From Lama guanicoe (taxonomy: Eukaryota): DNA of 25,101 bases. Of this stretch, positions 1 through 10,538 are shown piece after piece. The translations under genes and the position numbers were made by a program. The DNA lies in NCBI GenBank assembly GCA_013239625.1, contig MU053594.1:248001-273101 (forward strand). The letters run 5' to 3'. Positions within the stretch are counted from its first letter, which is position 1, and the number at the start of each line of letters is the position of its first letter. The notes under the pieces were generated by a model. It was not told the origin of the DNA and searched no databases. It saw only the letters and a program-made list of their open reading frames with translations.

Positions 1-600
1 CGCTGGCTCCGCCTACAAAAAAGGCAAAATATTTCTCCTTTTATTGATGGAGGCTGTCAGTGCGCAGGGCACGACTGTGCCCACCGTCAGAGCGCGCCCG
101 CCTGCGCCGGAGCGCGGCGGTGACCAGGTGGAGGAATCCTGGTGCCGAGAGGCGCTCGCTGCAGGAGGCCTGGCTTCAGAGCTTTTAATCAGGGATACTT
201 TTTAAAAATCTTGTAAGTGAAGTTGACTTTCTGTGGCTCACAGGCCTTGATCCTGCCAGCAGGCCGCCTCCGCCCCCTCGCGGGGTGGGCTCTTAGCCCA
301 GAGCCGAGTCAGCGCCGGACCTCCATCCGCTCAAGGCCGCAGGGACGAGAAGCGCTGGACCGCCGCGCCCCCGACAGCCGAGCGCGGGGCGGGGCTTGGC
401 CGGCCACCCGCTGCCACTTCCTCCAAGCCCTGCTGACCTCTAGTGGTCACACGGTGGAACTGACAGGACGCTGGGCCGGAGTGGACAGCCAGGGTTACTT
501 TGCACACAGTCCAGTCACCTGGGAGCTTTGAAAATACCCTTGGCCAGGCCACACCGCAGACCAGTTAGGTTCGACTGTCGGACTTAGGCGTTGATTTTTT
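1..600. promoter_or_regulatory. CpG-island-like GC-rich segment, probably continuing left of the window
   Basis: Dense CpGs (gcgcgcccgcctgcgccggagcgcggcgg ~92-120; gcgcggggcggggc with a GC box ~382-395), unlike the CpG-depleted bulk of the window. CpG observed/expected ratio not computed. Confidence 0.65.
430..449 (-). promoter_or_regulatory. CTCF-like binding motif
   Basis: Reverse complement reads TGACCACTAGAGGTCAGCAG, close to the CTCF core CCACYAGRKGGCRSY, within a CpG-rich region. Confidence 0.6.
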
Positions 601-652
601 TTTTAAAGCTCCCCAGGTCATTCTAACGTGCAGCCAGGATTGAGAGCTCTTG
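490..652. mobile_element. MER5-type (hAT-Charlie) DNA transposon remnant
   Basis: cacctgggagctttgaaaatacc ... tttaaagctccccaggtcattctaacgtgcagccaggattgagagc resembles the MER5A/B consensus. Confidence 0.65.
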
Positions 653-1609
653 GGTCAAACTGGGCCATTTGCTCGCTTCTGATGGGCGTGTGCCAGGGCA
701 GGGCGCTGTGATGTCAGCATCTGAAAATGGCTGAGAATGTCCGTCCTCCAGTGCGCCCCTGAGCCCAGTGTCTCAGCACCAGTGGTTGAGCTTTCATGCC
801 CCTGACAGCGAGTCCCTGGTGCTGGTTCTGACTTCTGTGGGGGGTCCTGTTTCCTGAGCTTGTGGCTGCATCTGGATGGAACTCAGACCCTAGGAAAAGA
901 CTGGAGAATAAAAAGGTCCCATCAATAAGAAGAAGAGAAGATGGTTTGCAGCCTTTCGCCCATTAGCAGAGTTCACATTCTGCTCCTCGGAAGTTCTTCC
1001 TGTTGTCTTACCTCAGTCTCCCTTCAAGGAGAGAAAAGTCTAGACTGAAAAAAGGCCAGCTTACCCATCACTCTGGCAGCAGCTGCGGGGTGGGTTAAGT
1101 CGGCCCAGGGCTGCGGTACCCACGGCTGCCCGGACCGGCTGGGCTGTTTTCTTCAGGCTCTGCACTCCATCCTCGATGAAATGGGTTGGAAGGGAGAAGA
1201 GCCAGCACCGGCACAATTAAATTAATTTCCAGCAGCTGCATGGGATTAAAATTACCCACTTCTCTCTGGTCTCTGTCTAATGTTCCTGAACACAATCTCC
1301 TGATCCTCTCCTCCTAGTCTTTTCTCTTGCTCATAGTCTCAGCTTTTGGTAAATTTACTCCTAATGTTCTGCCATTCCTCCCCCGGAGGTTTGGCTGGAG
1401 GGCACAGCCCTGGCTGGACCCACCCCAGGCCTGACCCTCCCCTTCCCGGACTTGCCCAGGGAGCTGGGCAGAGGCGACATCAGGGGGCAGTGTGACCCTC
1501 GGGAGCGGGTCAGGGTGTGGGAGTGCCTCAGCCCTCATGGGGTTCCCAGGGGAAGCGGAGCCTTGCGCTCCCCAGGCCTGTCCTTCCAGGGAGCAGAGGA
1601 AGGTCAGTA

Positions 1610-1800
1610 CCCTACACTAGAATGAGCATCAGACTTGGGGTCAAGGCTGCATCAGCCGGCCTGGGTCCTCTCTGAGCCTCAGACACGCTTCTGTAAAGAG
1701 GAGAAGAGACTGTTCTCCTTACAGGTTGCTGTTGAGGATCTAAGAACACGATACACAGACAAAACAGACGTCTGAAACGTATAGGTAGATACTTGATAGA
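1610..1800 (+). mobile_element. MIR SINE, degenerate
   Basis: ctctctgagcctcag...ctgtaaa...ccttacaggttgctgttgaggatctaag resembles the MIR core. Confidence 0.5.
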
Positions 1801-1869
1801 ACCTGACCTGGTAGATGATCGTATGTAATAGAATGATTATAGTACCAGCTGTTTACACTTACAATAGAT

Positions 1870-2050
1870 AGTGTTTACTGAGTGTGTATTACAGGACCAC
1901 CATCACAGCTGTGCGCTGAGGCGAGTCCTGTGATTGGCCCCACTCACGAATGCGGGAAAACGGGTACAGAGGTGTTGGGAGACGTGCCCGAAGACACACA
2001 GTTAGTAAGTGGGGGACCTAGGAAGAGAAGTCAGCTCTGGAAATCTGATG
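1870..2050 (-). mobile_element. MIR SINE, degenerate
   Basis: ccccactcacgaatgcgggaaaacgggtacagaggtgtt...gtgcccgaagacacacagttagtaagtgg resembles the antisense MIR core. Confidence 0.5.
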
Positions 2051-2127
2051 ACGTGTCCTGGGAGAATGTATCACTGGGCTGTGCGCACGCCGAGGCTTCA
2101 CAGATGCTTGTATCTGTGCATGTGGGA

Positions 2128-2325
2128 GTGCGCACACCACACGCATACACGTACACACACATACACACAATACATACACATATGCACAGACATACAGACA
2201 CATACATATGCATACACATGTATAAACACACATGCACACATAAACAATTGCATACACGCCTGCACACATATATGCATGCACATATGTGCACACACATATA
2301 CGTGCGCGCACACATCTTTGCACAT
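2128..2325. repeat. Degenerate (CA/TA)n alternating purine-pyrimidine simple repeat
   Basis: About 200 bp of cacacatacacacaatacatacacatatgcac...; explains the His/Thr and Cys/Val-rich ORFs here. Confidence 0.9.
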
Positions 2326-3364
2326 TGTCACTGAATAACCAAAGACCCTGCACCTGCCTCCTGGAAGAGTTTCCCCAAGGGGCCACCTCTCAGAGAAGTG
2401 AAGGGGAAACAAACTAGTCACTGCAACTAGTGGGAGAAAAGCAGCAGAAAAGGAAGCCAAGAGCCTTTGGATGCAGGGAGGGATTACGAGGAAGCCGCGG
2501 ATCCCACAGGGTGGAGCAGTCAGTCACCCACACCTCGAGTTGTGATGCAGACTCTTGGGAACAGGAACAGGCTTCCTGTGACACTGTCCTCACTGGGATT
2601 CACCTGTTTCTTTCTTGGGATCCTGGCCCAGCTATCTGAGCACGAGGGGCAGCGCTCCAGCTCATCCCAAAGCTTCATCCGCTGATTCCGACAAGGGGCC
2701 AGATTGTTTCTGGGCTCTGCATGTAACTGACACTTAATGGCATCTGTTTTACTTCAGGTTCTCCTCTGCTGCGCTCTGTTCTCATCCTTACCCATCTGCC
2801 AAATGGAGCTGGGGGTGGGGTGGGCACCTAGTCTAGTGACTTGCTTCTGCCCTTTTCTAGCTCTATGACCCTGGCCACGTCGTTACCTTCTCCGGTCAGC
2901 TCTAAGGTCTCATCCAGCCTGACATTCTCAGTCTAAGATTCTAATCAGGTCTCCATCAGCCACAGCCCTCTGGGGTCGGTAGTAGGCAGCCTGAGTAGTG
3001 TGTGCAGGGGTGGGGCATTGCATTTGTGAGCCTCAGATGACAACTCATCATCAAAGGGGAGGAGGTGGTGTGTGGATGGGGGCAGATGTCACCCTGGCCC
3101 TGCCCTTGCAGACATGGTTTGATCTCAGGGTCAGAATCAGGATTTGGGGATAATGCAGTGTGGTTGCGAAGCTTCCTTCTCCCGGATATCTCAAAAGAAT
3201 AAGAGGAAATATCAGAGCAAAGGAAAGCAATAAGCCAAGAGACTAGCTCCTAATCAGAGCCACCCCTGCGTAGACAGCCCTTGCCTTGTGCGGCTATTAC
3301 CCTAGACCCTTTGAGAAATCAACTCCTTTAGTTTTTGGAACAACACTGCAGGGGTGGGTACTTA

Positions 3365-3465
3365 CATAAGCCCCATTTTACAGATGAAGACACTGAGCCG
3401 TAAAAGGTGACACAGCTGGTGGATGGCAATGCTGGGATACAGAACTAGGGAGTCTGGCTCCAGTG
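3365..3465 (-). mobile_element. MIR SINE fragment
   Basis: ccccattttacagatgaagacactgag...cacagctggtggatggcaatgctgggatacagaactagggagtctggctccag is the typical antisense MIR core. Confidence 0.75.
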
Positions 3466-4104
3466 TTTATAATGTTAACCATTAAATTGTATTGCTTCCC
3501 AAGGAACGTCTCCCCCCAAGTCGGAGGAGCCCTCTGGGAGAAGGCAAATCACCTGGTGGTCTCTGGAACCTGGTTTGGATACTGCACATTTCAGAGGCAG
3601 GCCATGGCCGGGAAGAGGGCAGCCCCTCACAGCCAGGGCACCTGCTTCCTGCGCTGACGAGTCAGCAGAGGGGTTCCTCCTTTCTGCTTAGATCCCTCAG
3701 GCATCTGCCTTGCTCCTCCACATCCAGGGGATAAGGAAAAGCGGCATGCTTTGCCTTCTCGAGATGACGCTCTCAGACTGGCACATCTCTCCGGTCCTCC
3801 TGGGGTTTCACTTCCTGCTCTGACCGCCTGCACGCCCACCTTCCACGTGGGAGGACAGGCCGGCCCCGGGCAGCACAATGTCTGTGCATCACAGGCCAAC
3901 AATGACCCACGTGTCACTTCCCAGTTTCTGCTGAGAACACTCGCTGTCTGGGAGAGGAAGCCCTGAGGCAGGGTTCGAGCGGAGAAGGCAGCCGCACGCA
4001 GGTGGCCGAGCACCGGTGAATCATGGGAGAATCCCGAGTGCAGCCCTCCCCGCAGGGGCAGCTCACCTCCTCGCCTTGGGTGGCGCCGGCTGCGGCTGGC
4101 CTGG

Positions 4105-4560
4105 TGCGCCGGAAGTCGGGAAGTCAGAGGGGGAGCCACGGAAGTGAAAACAACCCCGAAAGAAAGTGGAGGGGAAGATGAGTGAAAGTCCTGGCTGATG
4201 CAAATATTGACTTAACCATTATGGGAGTAAATAAAACTCCCATTTATGTTATGCAAGTGCTATATTCTTTGAATACTTCTGTCTGGAGGAATTTTTTATT
4301 TCGCCATAGAAGAAAAATGTTTTCATATTCTCTCCCGCCGCTCAGACCCGGAACCCAGCGAGGCCTTGTGCCCCCGAGAGCCATAATATTATTTGTTAAC
4401 ATTTTTATGATGCCAAATGGTCTGTAGGAGAACGGGCGCCATTCTTTAGCTGGGAAACCATATGGCACGACGAGTAATAAATAAGGTATTGTGATAGTTA
4501 ATGAACCTAATTGCCAGCAAAGGCTTTAATACGGAGACTGTGCTGCTGAGAATTTAGCAC
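4105..4560. promoter_or_regulatory. Candidate enhancer/promoter: ETS cluster and octamer followed by an AT-rich homeodomain/FOX-motif block
   Basis: CCGGAAGT 4109-4116, CGGGAAGT 4117-4124, ACGGAAGTG 4138-4146, ATGCAAAT 4198-4205, TTTTTATGA 4402-4410, GTAATAAA 4474-4481; no recognisable repeat. Confidence 0.5.
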
Positions 4561-5595
4561 CACATTAGGGATGCTGTGGAGCTCCCCTGACTTCTGAGGC
4601 TTAATTTAAGTTCTATATTGCAAACTCCAGAAAATAATTCCAAACCCTCCTGCTGGAAAAGCAACCTGCTGGTAGACTGTGATTATACCGAATTACTAAA
4701 ATCGCAATCAATTTTATACACAGAGTTAACCCTTGCCGGGAAGGACGCACAGAGAGGAGACAAATCAAGATTGCAACCCATTCTAGCTGTGGTCCTGGAC
4801 TGAGGAGGACAACGAGAGGCGGGAAAAGGGTGGTGCCCGAAGGAAGGGACCAGAGCCAGGGGTCCTGTTCCCCAGAGAGAGGAAGTAGGGGGGATGCTGA
4901 TGGGAGACCCGGGCACAGGCACAGCCTGTTGGATGTCTCTAGTCTTGCAGGGTCCTCTTCCTTCCCTGTGGGACAAGGAGACCGCGGGTCTTGGAGAGAG
5001 GAGTCTGTGCTCACCCATCACCCCCAGCAGCAGGAATCCTGGCAGGAAAAGGGACTGAGACATTGCTGCTATCATTCCATAAGTCAAGGTTATTAACTAG
5101 AGAAGATCAAATCGTGGCAGTCAAATAACCTTGCACTGTGTTAAAATGTAAATGCCAAACAGCTGCCGCTGAACTTTCAGTGGTGTCTGGTCCCCAGGCG
5201 AGAGAGATGCTCGGCGACAAGGAGAGGAGCCGGAGGAAAGGCACCCAGCCCCTTTCGGAGCTCGCAACAGCCACGCGCACCCTCCAGCCTTGGCCAGCAT
5301 GGAGGAGAAGGGTCGACCTTGGAAGGAGAGGCTCCCGGAGCAGTCAAGCCAGCCATGGGAGGAGAGAAGGCTTCCACGCTGCAGTCCTCTCCCCCACAGC
5401 CCACAGTGATGCCTAGGCTGTGAACTGGAGAGCAGCTCAGAAATGTCCTTTTCAGAAGAGCATCCTGACGGGGAGGACCTCACTAGGTGCTCCCCGTGCA
5501 AGGCCCTCCTGCATTCAGAGAGGGGTGGATGGGGCAGGCTGAGAGGTGGGAGGGGTGTTGGAAATAAGGAATCTTCCTTAAGTCAAGAAGACCAT

Positions 5596-5768
5596 GGGGA
5601 GAAGGGTATAGCTCAAGTAGCAGAGACATGCTTAGCATGCATGAGATCCTGGGTTCAATCCCCAGTACCTCCTCTAAAAATAAATAAATCTAATTACCCA
5701 CCCCATCCTGCCAAAATAAAAAAAAATAATTAAATAATACGATAATAAAGAAATACTTAAAAAAGAAG
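5596..5768 (+). mobile_element. Camelid tRNA-derived SINE (vic-1-like)
   Basis: Pol III A box TAGCTCAAGTAG 5609-5620, B box GGTTCAATCCC 5652-5662, then cagtacctcctctaaaaataaataaa and an A-rich tail; TSD aagaagaccatgg 5585-5597 / aagaagataatgg 5769-5781. Confidence 0.85.
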
Positions 5769-7014
5769 AAGAAGATAATGGAAGATGCTTAGGTCGGAGA
5801 AGCTGGCAAAGCCAAAAGAGTACAGAAGAATCTGGAGGGTCATGAAGACCAGGTGGGAGGCAGAGGCAGGTCCGGCCTCAGATGTGAGACCCTGCAGGGG
5901 GTGAGTATGTGTGGTCATGTGGCTCCTTCCTGAAGCGCTTAGGACAAAGCCCAAGTCCTGCTGTGGACTGAAGCAAATGTAGCCTCGTCTGGGAAGCCGG
6001 GTGGACTCGGGAGTCCCAGCAGCAGGGTTTACAGGAGAGGCCCCGTGAGCTGTGGCATCAGGAAGTTCTCACACGCGGCAGAGTCCGAGGCTTGGTGGGT
6101 GGGTGGTGGAGGATGAGGCGCTACTGTAGATGGTAAGCTTAGTGAAGGCAGAAGAACTGTCTGATCTTAGCAGCCAGCCTGCACACACTTAGGAAGTTGA
6201 GTGAGATGGATCTCAGAGGAGTAAACGCCATGCGTGACCAGGAGAGGAAACACGCCATGCCCGGTGTCAATCCAGCGGGCCAGGCGGTTGGCGTGGGTGA
6301 CAGGCCCTCCGGGCAGTGCCGGCAGGGTCTAAGATCCTCATGGTCTGCTTGGGGGTTGGGGGGCAGCCTGATGTGCAGCCCTACTTTGTGCGGGCCCCTC
6401 CCTGCTGCCCTGGATCATCTCCAGGCTGTGGTCCTGAAGTGGATGCTCTCAGCTGCCTTGTCTGTAAATCCTGCCTCCTGAGCTCAGTGATACAGGATGA
6501 GACCCCAGAGGTTTCCCGGACTCTGCCCATGGTGGGTGGGAAATTGAGGAAGGACCATGGGATCCCCACAGGCCCTCTCTAACCCTGGCAGAACTTCAGA
6601 ATCAACTGGGGAGACCCCCCCAAAGACTCTAATCCAAGAGGAGGTGTCTAAAATTGCACAGGTGATCCTGACACAGTACTGGATAGAAAACTGTTCCTTG
6701 GATGGTTCCACACCCTGACCTCGCCCTCAGTCTAACCTCCCCACTCAGCTCCAGACTGTGGAAGGAGAAATACATACGTTCTCTCTGGTAAGCAATTGAC
6801 AGAATGCGGAGATTCTGCTTAAACAGCAAGCAAGATGGAGAGAGGAAAGGAAGGCACACTGAACTCCAGGGTGGCTGACCAACCCCTGGGTCAAGGGCAC
6901 AGGGATGGAGGTGCAGTTGAATTTCCACCTCCGGTGGCCTTTCCAGTTAGACAGAAACAGATCTGGAGGCAGAGGGATGAAAATGGCCTTCAGATCCTTG
7001 GCTTTTGTAACCTT

Positions 7015-7130
7015 ATAGTATCTCCATATTTACAGATGAGGAAAGTGAAGGCCTTAAAGGTTCTGTGCCTCTTACTCAGGTGGGCGGTGCTGAAACTGAC
7101 TAGAACCCAGGTGTCTTGACTCAAGATTAA
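7015..7130 (-). mobile_element. MIR SINE fragment
   Basis: ctccatatttacagatgaggaaagtgaaggc...agaacccaggtgtcttgactc. Confidence 0.7.
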
Positions 7131-7429
7131 GTTCTCTTCTTCCTTCAAGTCGTGTACTCTGGGCCCTGGGAAGATAAAACAAGAGCAAAAAGACAGTCTA
7201 GGATTCATGTTCACACATTGGATATGAGGGGATGGAGGGGCCCCAGAGGAGGTTTCTAGTTCCAAGAATATAAGATACTGCCGGAGCTCACCACCCAGGT
7301 GGAGAGGTTCTTAACAAAATCGTAAAACCGTTTATTAAAGTTGATATAGCGGAGGGGTCATGGAAGAAAGGACCTTATCAGGACACGTCCTGGACAGGGC
7401 CAGGAAGCACTGAGTACTTACTGTTAATT

Positions 7430-7530
7430 GTGAGTTGATCACCCAGCTCTGTGCTAAGACTTTGGGAAGAACAGGGAAGGTAATGATAGCATGCCTGCCC
7501 ACAGGAAGCTTTCAGTCAAGTTAGAAGAGT
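7430..7530 (-). mobile_element. L2 3' end fragment
   Basis: ccagctctgtgctaagactttggg...cctgcccacaggaagctttcagtcaagtt resembles the antisense L2 3' end. Confidence 0.45.
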
Positions 7531-8350
7531 GATGCACACAGGAGAGGCGTGGAAAGAATGCCAAAGCCAGCCAGGCTGCAGAGCTCAGGCTGTGGGACCC
7601 AGACACTCACCTTCTCTGGATTCTGAGAAGTGGGGAAAGTTGGACCAACTTGGACCAAGGCTCCCCATAGCAAAGGATCCCGGGTGAAGAGTCCACAGGT
7701 GCTGGGGGGGAGGGCTGCTTTCTCAAGGTCGGGGGGTACAGCTGGACAGAGGCTCTTGGCCTGGCTTCTCCAGCACAGGGCCTGTGGGCAGAGCCCATGG
7801 CTGGCCTCAGTGACCCCCGCTCCCTCTCTCCCAACAGGAGGTGGTGGGAGCCCGCCGCAGGCTCAGAGCCCTGTCACAGATCCGGCAAGTGCTGATATGC
7901 CCTGCCGGAGGTGGATTTAATACTGTACATAAATACGCTTTACAGTCACTGGGCAGGATTTCTACACTGAGGAGACCATCAACTATTTTATGGTGATGCA
8001 GATCCGGTGTGAAAAAAGGAGAAGAAGAAGGGAAGACAATGATTTGATGGGGTTCTCTTAGGATATGTCACAGCAGGGAATGCTTACAAAGAATGCATAC
8101 TACTAGGGACACACAGCTATCCGGGCATCCAACGAACGTATAAATTGTCAGAATCCAGGATGGGAGGAAAGGAATGGGAGAGATCCGGGTGCCCATCACG
8201 CCGTCAGCACTGGCTCCCTCGCTCCACCTGGCTGGCAGCGGTCTGGTGCGCCAGCCAGAGCGCGGTCCCGCAGAAGGGAGACGCGTCTAATAAATGTCTC
8301 TGGAAAATTACGACTGTACTGCTACAGTAAAAAGATGGCGCCGTTTATCT

Positions 8351-8368
8351 CAGCGCCATCTGCACAGG
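8351..8368 (-). promoter_or_regulatory. CTCF-like motif next to a YY1 motif (AAGATGGCG, 8332-8340, + strand)
   Basis: Reverse complement reads CCTGTGCAGATGGCGCTG, matching the GCAGATGGCGCTG portion of the CTCF core. Confidence 0.5.
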
Positions 8369-9220
8369 CTCATTTGTTGCTCCCGAGGCAGCCCACACGC
8401 ACCCAGCAAGTTTGTAACTCTCCAGGACTTGGAGTGTTTTCTTCCCGAGGATGCTCTGGGACCCGGGTGCTCATTCCTTTTCTGGCTCTGGGCGGTCCAC
8501 AGGGGAGAAGCTGGACGTGCTGGCTGCAGGAGCCAGACGTTGTAACATCAGAGCTGGACCTCGGGGTGGGGACCCAGAGCCCGGAATCCTTCCCATACAG
8601 GTGAAAAAGAACAGAGAGCATCATTATTCGTCCATTTCCTTCAGCTATGCAACGAACCATGGCGAGCGTCTGCTACCTGCCAGGCGCTGTGATGGACTTA
8701 GGGATACTTGAGGAGTTTCTGCTTCTTGTAGGATTTGATTCAAGTGTCATCTTCTCAATGAAGCCTTCCCTGCACCCCCCACCTAACACAGCAGCCCCCT
8801 TTCTGTAGCTGATGCTGCCCTGCTCTGCCGACAGCCTCTCAGAGCCCTTTGCCATTGCGGGTGCACAGACTCCTGGTGTGATGGATGGAAACAAACCCAT
8901 GAACCCCCTCCGGACTCCCTTGTCCCAGATGGTTGCAACACTGTAGTGTGTTTGGCACTGCTGAAACATTAAATCTTGAGGAGGGAGGAGGAAGCTATCA
9001 AGCTAGGAATATGTAAGGGCTGCCTTCCCAGGATCTGAGAGCTTTGAAAGGGTCTGCTTTGAGCTTGTTCCAATGACTGGCTGGAGGCGGCATTCCGGAA
9101 AGCGGGTGGCTGAAAGGGACAATGTATGGGGGTGGTGGGACATCTGGAAGACACAGGCTGCTCTGGCATCTCTTGTCGTCTCGGTGCAGCAGCAACCATG
9201 CCCATCAACACCATGCTCTT

Positions 9221-9517
9221 TTTTATTGTTTTTTAATTGAAGTATAATCAGTTTGCAATGTTGTGTTAATTTCTGGGGCACAGCAGAGTGATTCAGTTAT
9301 ACATATACATGTTCCCTTTCATATTCTTTTTCATTATAGGCTATTACAAGGTGTCGAATATATACTGAGTATTGTTCCCTGTGACTGTACAGTAGGACCT
9401 TGTTGCTTATCTATTTTATATGTAGTAGTCAGTGTCTGCAAATCTCGAACTCCCAATTTATCCTTCCCCAACTCCTTCCCTGCTGGCAACCACAAGTTTG
9501 TTTTCTATATCTGAAGG
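9221..9517 (-). mobile_element. 5'-truncated LINE-1 3'UTR (cetartiodactyl type) with TSD
   Basis: T-rich tail, then ttgaagtataatcagtttgcaatgttgtgttaatttctgg...acagtaggaccttgttg; exact 11-bp TSD accatgctctt at 9210-9220 and 9518-9528; homologous to the copy at 14337-15053. Confidence 0.85.
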
Positions 9518-10318
9518 ACCATGCTCTTGAGAAAGCTTGAGACTCCCTCCCTTCTCTCCTTCCTCAGGGTCCTCCATCGACCACTGAGATGGAAGCCTCT
9601 CTCTTCTCCCTCTGCCCTCCCCTCCTCTCTCCTACACACCCAGCACAAGAACCTCAACTTCACACGTGAAAACCCTCCTTGGCCGCCTTCCGGAGAAAGA
9701 AGCACTGTTCTGTCCTGTGCAGAAGTCCCTGTCCTGCTTTGCTTTGGGTCTCAGGGAAACTAGTTACCACTGGTGGGGTGTTGAAGCTGGGGAAACAGGG
9801 ATCAGAGCTGGGCTTTTTTCAGTAGACGATGCAGATACAGTGATGGTGTGGGTCCAGGGCTAGACCTGATGGCAGCTGCAGTGGTGGGAGAATGAATAGC
9901 TGGAGCCTGTCCCCAATGTGGCAAGTCCAACGGGCCCTCAGCATAATCAGGGTGACTGTGTGATGTGGGTGATGATGGTACAACCTGGGAGCCTTGGAAG
10001 TAGCACCAGAGAGGAGGGAATTGCTGACGGATATTGAGGAAGTTTAATTAAGAGACTTCAGTGACTGATGAGCTGTTTATGTGGGGGGAGGAGAGAGCTG
10101 GGAGGAGGGCAGATTTTGGTGGGAAGGAGAAATGAAGGGCAGAGACAGAGGCTGAGAAGGGGAAATGGACAGAGAGGAAAGGCAAAGAGATATTCAAAAA
10201 ACTTGGATTAGCAGCAGCTAACAGGGCAAAGCTGTCACCTGTCTCCAGCACCAAAGGACTGGTGATTCCTGGCTGTATCGATGGCTCTTGTGGAACTCCT
10301 TGTTCATCTCAGAACAGA

Positions 10319-10538
10319 CTCTCTCTTCTCTTCTCTTCTCTTCTCTTCTCTTCTCTTCTCTTCTCTTCTCTTCTCTTCTCTTCTCTTCTCTTCTCTTCTC
10401 TTCTCTTCTCTTCCCTTCCCTTCCCTTCTCTTCTTTCTTTCTTTCTTTCTTCCTTCCTTCCTTCCTTCCTTCCTTCCTTTCCTTCTTTCCTTCCTCCCTC
10501 CCTCCCTCCCCCCTGTCCTTCCTTGCTTTCTTTTTTTT
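10319..10538. repeat. Compound pyrimidine microsatellite (TTCTC)n-(CTTT)n-(CCTT)n-(CCCT)n
   Basis: Directly visible; perfect TTCTC pentamers ~10326-10413 grade into tetramers. Confidence 0.95.

Noticed and set aside
1882..2460. Overlapping His/Thr and Cys/Val-rich ORFs of 94-150 aa
   Set aside because: Translations of the CA/TA simple repeat, open in many frames.
2740..2760. Splice-acceptor-like ctgttttacttcag/g
   Set aside because: No convincing paired donor or coding frame; cannot be supported without RNA data.
3627..4139. Longest ORF (170 aa, minus strand)
   Set aside because: No recognisable domain; composition is typical of a chance ORF in GC-rich DNA, and it lacks an ATG start.
5598..5672. 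Possible tRNA gene
   Set aside because: It is the head of a SINE: followed by SINE body, A-rich tail and TSD, with no proper acceptor stem.
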